From assembly GCA_051530055.1 (NCBI GenBank), contig JBMGUZ010000032.1, positions 1-30,220 on the forward strand: 30,220 bases of DNA, given 5' to 3'. This document shows, in pieces, positions 12,066 through 19,920 of the stretch. A program made the translations under genes and the position numbers. The notes beneath the pieces were generated by a model that had not been told where the DNA came from, ran no database searches, and worked only from the letters and a program-made list of their open reading frames with translations. Source of the stretch: Neoechinorhynchus agilis (lineage: Eukaryota; Animalia; Acanthocephala). Numbering within the stretch: the stretch's first letter is position 1; each line of letters begins with the position of its first letter.

Positions 12066-15000
12066 TTAGTCGTCGCTTAATATCTGGTTTAACAAATTAT
12101 CTTCATCGGAGTCTTCATCGCTGTCAAATTGACTCTCCTCTGGATTTCCGTTTGTATTATTAGTCGCGTCATTTTCCTGGTCCTCCTCGGTGTTATCGTT
12201 TTTCCTCGGACTGTCAGCGATCCCCAACGCTGCTCGTATCGCGTCCTCTAGTTGAAGAGTTTCAGCATCCTTTGGTTTTCGTATTACCTCCGCCGGTGGT
12301 TCGGATGGTGGTAATTCCTCACGAACGGATTGGGGTGTCATCTCGCCACCTTCAGAATAATCTTCTTCTTCGGATTGTTCTCCTTCTGGAGTGCAAGGGC
12401 GAAAAAGTATGTTTTCTAGGAACATGTTATCAGTTTGATTAGCATCAACGCTCATATAGCTTTCGGCCGGACTGGTAGCCGAAGCGCTTGAAGATAGATT
12501 AAGTTCCTCTATCGATCGAGGATATTCTAAAATGTACTGCGCGAGCGTTGCCTCGTCGAACTGAGATGATCCGTTAAATTGATCCTTTGTTTCAACTCCA
12601 ACTGGAATGGGTATATGTTGCTCAGATTCAAATTGTTCATTGATCTTGTGATATTGTTGGTGGTGTTCAGTTTGGGGCTCCTGCTGGTTTATCGGTCCAA
12701 AGTTAACATCGGGAGAAAAATTGAAGTTATCACGATCGTTGTCTGGCGCTTCAAATGAAAAATAGTGCTCGTGTTCGACGTTTGGCCGACGATATCTATC
12801 TAAATCTTCATTGGCAATCTCATATCTATCAGCCGACAATGTATTAAATATAGTCCCCCTTTGCTCATCGTGTAGATTTACGGTGTCATCCAGCTGCAGT
12901 TCAGCGGCACTTCGAGTTTCATTCTCTGCTCTAATCTGATTATTTTCTAATCGTTCTCCGGTCAGATGAGATTTCTGCTCGTTTAGCAACCGGAAATTTT
13001 CTTGGTAATCCTCATCATTAAGCCCAACTTTATCCGAAAAATTACGCTGGTTGCTTTCGTGTGCCCCCTTGATTTCAGCTTCAATATTTGGTTCAGGACA
13101 CATCTTTTGCTTTTTAGGTGGATGACATTCCGAAACGTCGTGTGTCCTTTTAGTGCTTTGTTTATCGGAAAAAATTTGGTGGCTCCGTATTGATTTTTGT
13201 TCACACATCTGCTCATTCGACTTCGCCGTTTCATCAGTTACCTTATTCGAGGACAGATCTGCTGCTTGACAGTTTTGTACGCCCGTCATATTTTCTCTTT
13301 GCGTACAATTAATTTTTTGCATTTTGCTTAATTCCTTATAATTATCGGTGCCTTCATATTGCCTTTTCATTGCCGTTATTGAATTTTGATTGAATCGTTT
13401 TTGGCCACTCGCCGATCGATCATCGCCATCCTTATTGATCATTGAAGCACAGTTCATTGAATATCCTTGCTGTTTGCGTGGAACTTCATTCTTAACCTCA
13501 GTGTTCTGATTTGGCGCCGCTATTTCGTGTTGTTGATAAAAATGCGCCGTCGTAATGTTTTGTGGATTGGTTACTGGGGCACAAGCCGCTTGCTGATCCT
13601 GCAAGTCCATTGAATATCCTTGCTGCTCGCGTTGATCTTCATTGTTAACCTCAGTGTTCAGATTTTGCGCCGCTATTTCGGTTTGTTGATAGAGACCCGC
13701 CGTCGCCATGTTTTGTGTATTGGTGACTGGGGCACAAGCCGCTTGCTGATCCTGCAAGTGCATTGAATATCCTAGCTGTTCGCGTTGATCTTCATTATTT
13801 ATCCCAATGTTCTGATTTGGCGCCGCTATTTCGTGTTGTTGATAGAAACCCGCCGTCGCCATGTTTTGTGGTTCGGTGATTGGAGCACAAGCCGCTTGCT
13901 GATCCTGCAAGTGCATTGAATATCCTTGTTGTTCGCGTGGATCCTCATTGTTTACGCCAGTGTTCAGATGAGGTGCCGCTATTTCGAATTGTTGATAGAG
14001 ACCCGCCGTCGCCATGTTTTGTGTATTGGTGACTGGGGCACAAGCCGCTTGCTGATCCTGCAAGTGCATTGAATATCCTAGCTGTTCGCGTTGATCTTCA
14101 TTATTTATCCCAATGTTCTGATTTGGCGCCGCTATTTCGTGTTGTTGATAGAAACCCGCCGTCGCCATGTTTTGTGGTTCGGTGATTGGAGCACAAGCCG
14201 CTTGCTGATCCTGCAAGTCCATTGAATATCCTTGCTGCTCGCGTTGATCTTCATTGTTAACCTCAGTGTTCAGATTTTGCGCCGCTATTTCGGTTTGTTG
14301 ATAGAAACCAGCCGTCGCCATGTTTTGTGGTTCGGTGATTGGAGCACAAGCCGCTTGCTGATCCTGCAAGTGCATTGAATATCCTTGTTGTTCGCGTGGA
14401 TCCTCATTGTTTACGCCAGTGTTCGGATGAGGTGCCGCTATTTCGAATTGTTGATAGAAACCCGCCGTCGCCATGTTTTGTGTATTGGTGACTGGGGCAC
14501 AAGCCGCTTGCTGATCCTGCAAGTCCATTGAATATCCTTGCTGCTCGCGTTGATCTTCATTGTTAACCTCAGTGTTCAGATTTTGCGCCGCTATTTCGGT
14601 TTGTTGATAGAAACACGCTGCCGCCATGTTTTGTTGAACGGTTACTTGAGCACAAAGCGCTTGCTGATCCTGCAAGTGCATTGAATATCCTTGTTGTTCG
14701 CGTGGAACTTGATTGTTTACCCCAGTGTTCGGATGAAGTGCCGCCATTTCGAATTGTTGATAGAAACCCGCCGTCGCCATGTTTTGTGTATTGGTGACTT
14801 GGGCACAAGCCGCTTGCTGATCCTTCAAGTGCATTGAATATCCTTGCTGTTCGCGTTGATCTTCATTGTTAACCTCAGTGTTCTGATTTGGCGCCGCTAT
14901 TTCGTGTTGTTGATAAAAACCTGCTGTTGCCATTTTTTGTGGATTGGTTACTTGGGCACGAGCCGCTTGCTGGCCATGCAAGTTTATTGAATATCCTTGT

Positions 15001-16532
15001 TGTTCGCGCGGAACTCTATTGTTTACGTCTGCGTTCTTATTAGGTGCCGCTATTTGGTGTTGAGGATAGTAGCCCGCGGTTGCCATGTTATGTTGATCGG
15101 TGAATGGAGCACAAGCCGTTTGCTGGTCCTGCAAGTGCATTGAATATCCTCGTTGTTCGCGTTGAACTCTATTGTTTACGTCCGGGTTCTGATTGGGTGC
15201 CGCTATTTGGTGTTGTTGATGGAAACCCGCTGCCGCCATGTTTTGTTGATCGGTGAATGGAGCACAAGCCGCTTGCTGGCCCTGCAAGTGCATTGAATAT
15301 CCTTGTTTTTCGCGTAGAGCTCTATTGTTTACGTCAGCGCTCTGATTAGGTGCCACTACTTGGTGTTGTTGATGGAAACCCGCTGCCGCCATGTTTTGTT
15401 GATCGGTGAATGGAGCACAAGCTGGTTGCTGGCCTTGCAAGTGCATTGTAAATCCTTGTTGTTCGCGTGAAACTGTATTGTTTACGTGAGCGTTCTGGTT
15501 AGGTGCCGCTATTTGGTGTTGAGGATTGTAACTCGCGGTTGCCATGTTTTGTTGATCGGTGAATGGAGCACAAGCCGCTTGCTGGCCATGCAAATTAATT
15601 GAATATCCTTGTTGTTCGCGTGAAACTCTATTGTTTACGTCAGCGTTCTGATTAGGTGCCACTATTTGGTGTTGTGGATAGTAGCCCGCGGTTGCCATGT
15701 TTTGTCGATCGGTACCACTAATCATTCGAACAGGATTTGCCATCAATGTAGGATGTATGTTTTGGCCACTATTTCCAAAATTTAATCGTTCTGTTGGCGG
15801 TTGTTGTTCTTGCTGCCATTGTTGCTGATATTGAGCAGGCTGTTGTTGGTTGTTCATCTGAGTTCCGTAGTTATGCACTCCCGATGGGTCTTGGGCATTT
15901 TGCAATGTTCCAATATTTTGGAGAGCTGGGTTATGGTAAATGTTTTGCGGATTGCCGTTTCCTTTAATAAAATTCTGAGCTGTCATCATGGGATTTGGCT
16001 GTTGCATTTGCTGCGTGCCGTAAAGGTGACCCGTATTGCCGAATTGTTGGAAATTTTGGTTTTGGAAGGCATTTGCATTGGTTATCGGACCCAAATTTTG
16101 TTGGAAATGCCCTTGCACATTCGGGTTGTAGAAATTTCCTTGAGCATACGGTGCCATAACAGCGGCTCCATTTCCACCAGCCGCAACAGCATATGGTACG
16201 GCACCATCGTAGGTAAGATTTTGAGCTTGAAATTCGTCCCTGTTCCTTAGACGACCATCCTGATAGCATCCATTGACAGCCCAGTGCATTCCTCTAGGAC
16301 CGTGAGATACTCTTACCCGTATAAACTTATTGCTCACAGATAATGTATGGCGAACTGAGTTTTGCCAACTTTTTACTTCCTTCTCGTCAGTTATTGCGGC
16401 AAAATAGGGATAATTCTGTTTAAAATAATCGTAAATCTTTTGTAGTGGCAGTGTGCGATTAGGAGCGTTGCTGATCGCCAACCTGGCTATTTCGGAAATG
16501 CTTATATCTCCCCACGCATTATGTCTCGGCAT
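12066..16532 (-). CDS. Divergent FoxO-like forkhead transcription factor with a 51-aa tandem repeat region and acidic C-terminus (1488 aa, single uninterrupted ORF)
   Basis: The N-terminus RHNAWGDISISEIARLAISNAPNRTLPLQKIYDYFKQNYPYFAAITDEKEVKSWQNSVRHTLSVSNKFIRV...HWAVN matches the FoxO pattern RNAWGNLSY...[31 protein letters not shown]...WWMLN. It includes the FoxO-specific 11-residue YF-to-W spacing. The 4.4-kb frame has no stops, and an in-frame TGA lies 9 codons upstream of the ATG. This is a paralog rather than canonical FoxO, so no symbol is given. Confidence 0.9.
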   Translation of the reverse strand: MPRHNAWGDISISEIARLAISNAPNRTLPLQKIYDYFKQNYPYFAAITDEKEVKSWQNSVRHTLSVSNKFIRVRVSHGPRGMHWAVNGCYQDGRLRNRDEFQAQNLTYDGAVPYAVAAGGNGAAVMAPYAQGNFYNPNVQGHFQQNLGPITNANAFQNQNFQQFGNTGHLYGTQQMQQPNPMMTAQNFIKGNGNPQNIYHNPALQNIGTLQNAQDPSGVHNYGTQMNNQQQPAQYQQQWQQEQQPPTERLNFGNSGQNIHPTLMANPVRMISGTDRQNMATAGYYPQHQIVAPNQNADVNNRVSREQQGYSINLHGQQAACAPFTDQQNMATASYNPQHQIAAPNQNAHVNNTVSREQQGFTMHLQGQQPACAPFTDQQNMAAAGFHQQHQVVAPNQSADVNNRALREKQGYSMHLQGQQAACAPFTDQQNMAAAGFHQQHQIAAPNQNPDVNNRVQREQRGYSMHLQDQQTACAPFTDQHNMATAGYYPQHQIAAPNKNADVNNRVPREQQGYSINLHGQQAARAQVTNPQKMATAGFYQQHEIAAPNQNTEVNNEDQREQQGYSMHLKDQQAACAQVTNTQNMATAGFYQQFEMAALHPNTGVNNQVPREQQGYSMHLQDQQALCAQVTVQQNMAAACFYQQTEIAAQNLNTEVNNEDQREQQGYSMDLQDQQAACAPVTNTQNMATAGFYQQFEIAAPHPNTGVNNEDPREQQGYSMHLQDQQAACAPITEPQNMATAGFYQQTEIAAQNLNTEVNNEDQREQQGYSMDLQDQQAACAPITEPQNMATAGFYQQHEIAAPNQNIGINNEDQREQLGYSMHLQDQQAACAPVTNTQNMATAGLYQQFEIAAPHLNTGVNNEDPREQQGYSMHLQDQQAACAPITEPQNMATAGFYQQHEIAAPNQNIGINNEDQREQLGYSMHLQDQQAACAPVTNTQNMATAGLYQQTEIAAQNLNTEVNNEDQREQQGYSMDLQDQQAACAPVTNPQNITTAHFYQQHEIAAPNQNTEVKNEVPRKQQGYSMNCASMINKDGDDRSASGQKRFNQNSITAMKRQYEGTDNYKELSKMQKINCTQRENMTGVQNCQAADLSSNKVTDETAKSNEQMCEQKSIRSHQIFSDKQSTKRTHDVSECHPPKKQKMCPEPNIEAEIKGAHESNQRNFSDKVGLNDEDYQENFRLLNEQKSHLTGERLENNQIRAENETRSAAELQLDDTVNLHDEQRGTIFNTLSADRYEIANEDLDRYRRPNVEHEHYFSFEAPDNDRDNFNFSPDVNFGPINQQEPQTEHHQQYHKINEQFESEQHIPIPVGVETKDQFNGSSQFDEATLAQYILEYPRSIEELNLSSSASATSPAESYMSVDANQTDNMFLENILFRPCTPEGEQSEEEDYSEGGEMTPQSVREELPPSEPPAEVIRKPKDAETLQLEDAIRAALGIADSPRKNDNTEEDQENDATNNTNGNPEESQFDSDEDSDEDNLLNQILSDD
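13452..15713 (-). repeat. Coding tandem repeat, 153 bp / 51 aa, about 15 units
   Basis: Example unit FTDQQNMAAAGFHQQHQIAAPNQNPDVNNRVQREQRGYSMHLQDQQTACAP. The 153-bp period is confirmed by ttgtttac at 15631, 15478, 15325, 15172 and 15019. Confidence 0.97.
16272..16532 (-). other. Forkhead (winged-helix) DNA-binding domain, FoxO subfamily
   Basis: NAWG start motif; recognition helix W-Q-N-S-V-R-H-T-L-S retains the Asn, Arg, His and Ser used for base contacts in FOX proteins; KFIRV and W-x-x-N strands are present. Confidence 0.92.
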
Positions 16533-18068
16533 ATTGTTTTCAAGAATTTGGAGCTTTCAATGGTTTTAAAGAGATAAAAGAAGATTTGAACCGTTTGTGA
16601 ATTGAGAGGGGATAACAACACACTCATCTTAGGTCGTTTTGACTTATGTTTTCAGGAGATTTGGCAAACAGTTTATGGATAAACTATTTACCATTCAAAC
16701 CACAAATTTGTCAATATCTCGGTGTTTTCATCCCCAATATTACACTAGGTTTTGTCACCGTACGTATTCCGTACTAGAGGTGATGTATTGAAGAAACGAA
16801 GACAATTTAGAACTCATTGTTTATGTCCGGTGTTATTGCTGCCGATTGATAATACACGAAGTGCCATACGATGCTCAGTCGCATGTTCCTCGTAGAGTTC
16901 CATTGTCACAAGTTCTTGAGATTTCAAAGGCGAAATTTAAGGTGCTCCTCATCGATTGATAATGCGATAAAAATAGCCTTACATGCCAGAGCGATCATCG
17001 AAGTCATGCTGGGAATTTATTACACTCAATGAGCCATCATCCCGTATTTTGGAATTCGGATTATAAGGTCCAGAAGATTGGATTGAGGATTGTTGTGCAG
17101 AGTTTTCCTATCTATAGTTTATGTCGTCTTTTATTTGAATTTACAATGGTGCATCTTAGTCTCTATACTTAAAGTAAACATACTTTCCCGATTGTTTCTT
17201 TAATTTACGTTTCAATCACTAAAATTAAGAAGAGTCTAGGTTAGAATTGTTTTTAGAAAGTAGATCACATTCAAAAGATTTGGTATGGTCAATTTGAATA
17301 ATAAGAAAAATATAGATGCATTGGATGGGGACGGATCCGTAAACCAGTTAAACACGAATATTCTAATATAGAATTCGGTATTTGGCGTTCATATTCGGTG
17401 TACTGATCCACAAGGCGACTCGAAAATAAATCGGTAGGTCAGTTGTGGACACCCGATAGAGATCATAAGAGACGAATATATTTCGACTGATTGAATCAAT
17501 GATTATCAATTCAATTGTTTCGACCTCGAAAAATATTCGTCTCTAATGATCTCTCCCGGTTATCGACAAGCGACCAAAACAACAATATCTCTAACCACCA
17601 CTCGAATGTAATCCTCAATAAAAAATCATATAGGCGAGTCGGAAAATTATGTGAAGGATGTTTGTCGCCAGTTGACCGTGGAGCTTTAAAGTGGACTTAT
17701 TTTTTGAAGGTCGATTAAACAATAATTCAGCGTTTCACTCTGGAATCTTTCTAGTCTAAATCAATGAAGGTATTATTTACGCTTGAAGTATTGCAAAAAT
17801 TTCGACTCGTCGTCCGAGCTAAACAGTTTTAACTCTAAGTTTAGAAAGCTGTATAAAATATCGGTGAACCAACGATATTTCACTTGCATAAAAAATCAAA
17901 TTTCGTCTTCTCGTTTGGTCAGTCGCAAGGACCAAAACCTTAGAAAGACAATACAATGGGCATTGTTGGATATTTTGGCGTGCAATTTTTAAATACCTTC
18001 AATTATGATTCTTAAGTTATTCGTCTTTCAATTTTTAGACCAATAACTTTGATTATCGATATGAAGTT

Positions 18069-18725
18069 TTAAAATCCACCTGTGTAGTTCCTCTTTGTTC
18101 TATTACACAAACTTCCCAGATCCATCTCTTCACCACCCGGAACCGCCGCAAGGACACTTGCAGCGTTGCCGCGCTGGATCGCGAGACCTATGTTTTGCAG
18201 GAAGGACGTTCCTGCTCTTGGGTCTCCGGTTGCGATCCTCATCTTCCTTGAAAGATCCGCCGTAAAGTTCTTGGCCTCAGCACCGAAGGCACCGAGCGTC
18301 TCAACGCCGAAAGGGACGAAGTGATGTGCCCTCAAGAGCTCCGCGTACTTCCCGCGCTTGCGTTCCTCTGCGGCAATTGCAGCACCTCCTTCGCGCCTTG
18401 AGGGGACAGGGAAAGGGTGTCCACCCCAGAGAAGGGATTTCCCTTCTGGCCACGGGAACACAGTTATCTCGTCCGGTCTCCGACCGTCGAGTCTGCAGAG
18501 GTGACTCGGTTCGAGCAGATTCGGTGCGTGTATCGTGTTTAAGGCCTGACTAATAACCGAGTTAATCTCAGCGTGGCGAGCATACCTGCCACCGGACTGG
18601 CGACAGACGAGACCGTGTCTACCCAAAGAATCCACAAGGGCCCCACAACGACAGTAGTGTGGGACACAAATCGGGAGACCTAGTCGTAAGGACACTGCGA
18701 TCCTTGATTTCATTCCACGCAGTAT
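18069..18725 (-). mobile_element. 5'-truncated CRE-clade non-LTR retrotransposon fragment (CCHC zinc knuckle plus restriction-like endonuclease)
   Basis: LRLGLPICVPHYCRCG..GRHGLVC..GGRYARHAEIN..RRPDEITVFPW..FVPFGVETLGAFG..LAIQRGNAASVL. It lacks the D-x-x-C-V-D-T segment seen in the 25318 copy, consistent with an internal deletion. Confidence 0.85.
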
Positions 18726-19102
18726 TTCGAAAACTGAGGAATCTCATATTATGAGATAAACATCGGTTATGAGCACACCTACTCTTGTTTGCATTTACAA
18801 ATGAGTATTTCGCTCCATTTTTTTCGTTTTCGTATTGCGGGATTTATGATCAGAAGCGCAATTACTATTTCTCATTGTTATCTTGATTGTCGCTAATTCC
18901 GACATTCAAAGGGATATTAAGTATTTGCATTTAAATCGTGTAACAGCTAAAGGAGTCGTCAAAATTGATCCGGAGGTTTTTCCTTATGCAAGTTTTTTAA
19001 CACGTTTTTCCGAATATTGTCAATTTGATCTGCATCTAAAAAACCTTCTAATATTCACCTCGCTTTAAATCTGATAAACATACCCCGATTTTGTTGATTT
19101 AG

Positions 19103-19591
19103 ATGGCGACTGCTCGTAAAAAACAACCGAGACGAAGTGATCGTCAAATCGCTAAGATAAACTTGGAGTTTTGTAAGTTTTACCTCATTCTCTCATGCAT
19201 TGACAGTTTACTGTTGGTGCTTCAAATTGGATGGGCCACCTACTTCAAGGCTGGAGTAACACCATTTGAAAAAGGTCTCTATGGTTCAACCGCGATAACT
19301 TGTTGGTTATCGTTTTTATTCCTAAGATGGCTAGGAAATCCGGCATCAAGTCATAACGTTGATCTGTCGGATTCTTTTATTGGCGATTTCTTCAAGGACG
19401 TGATTATATGGAATCTGGCTGTTCATTCATTGACAATGGTAACCATATACGCATGGATATTGTGGATATTCGTTCCAGCTCGCTTCTTATTTGTTGCCTA
19501 CAACGCTCTTGTCGTTCCTTGGAAAAGTGCTAATCAATTAGTGGATACCTCTGATAGTCCGCAAAAAGGAAAAATTCGTAAAAAAACTTAA
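19103..19591 (+). CDS. TMEM208: TMEM208/SND2-like membrane protein (DUF788), divergent, intronless, 162 aa
   Basis: RQIAKINLEFCKFYL resembles KQIFEENRETLKFYL. VDLSDSFIGDFFKDVIIWNLAVHSLTMVTIYAWILWIFVPARFLFVAYNALVVPW resembles [56 protein letters not shown] (human TMEM208 recalled from memory). Hydrophobic segments and a basic C-terminal tail are present. Confidence 0.8.
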   Translation: MATARKKQPRRSDRQIAKINLEFCKFYLILSCIDSLLLVLQIGWATYFKAGVTPFEKGLYGSTAITCWLSFLFLRWLGNPASSHNVDLSDSFIGDFFKDVIIWNLAVHSLTMVTIYAWILWIFVPARFLFVAYNALVVPWKSANQLVDTSDSPQKGKIRKKT

Positions 19592-19920
19592 AAGGACTTT
19601 AAATCTCGATTTTTGCTCCTCAGGATACAGTAAAACTCACATTCGTTGACAGCTTTTATTTTTGGGGAAAAGTGCGTAACGGTAAACGATGGTAAAATTG
19701 ATTTTTACCTAAAAGTTCGAACGCCTTTTTTTTGTATTCCTCAATATAATTGTTTTGTTAGGATATTCAACAGTATATTTCTGATTTAAATTAAAAACAT
19801 TGAAGCAATGAGGTTCAATTAGTGGATTGCCCTGGTTTGCAATATGCCAACTACGTGGATAATTTCTAGTCATATCTGCAATAAACCAGATTTTTCATAA
19901 AGAAATATTCTATCCTATTG

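Noticed and set aside
12983-16269. Alternative-frame and antisense ORFs overlapping the FoxO-like CDS, and similar ORFs over the CRE elements
   Set aside because: These are shadow ORFs of real coding sequence with no independent support.
16533-18060. Forkhead-like sites upstream of the FoxO-like gene (gcaaaca near 16664, ttgtttat near 16818, gtaaaca at 17174) and ORFs at 17515 and 17783
   Set aside because: A few 7-mers are expected by chance in 1.5 kb of AT-rich DNA. The ORFs are short and have no recognisable motifs.
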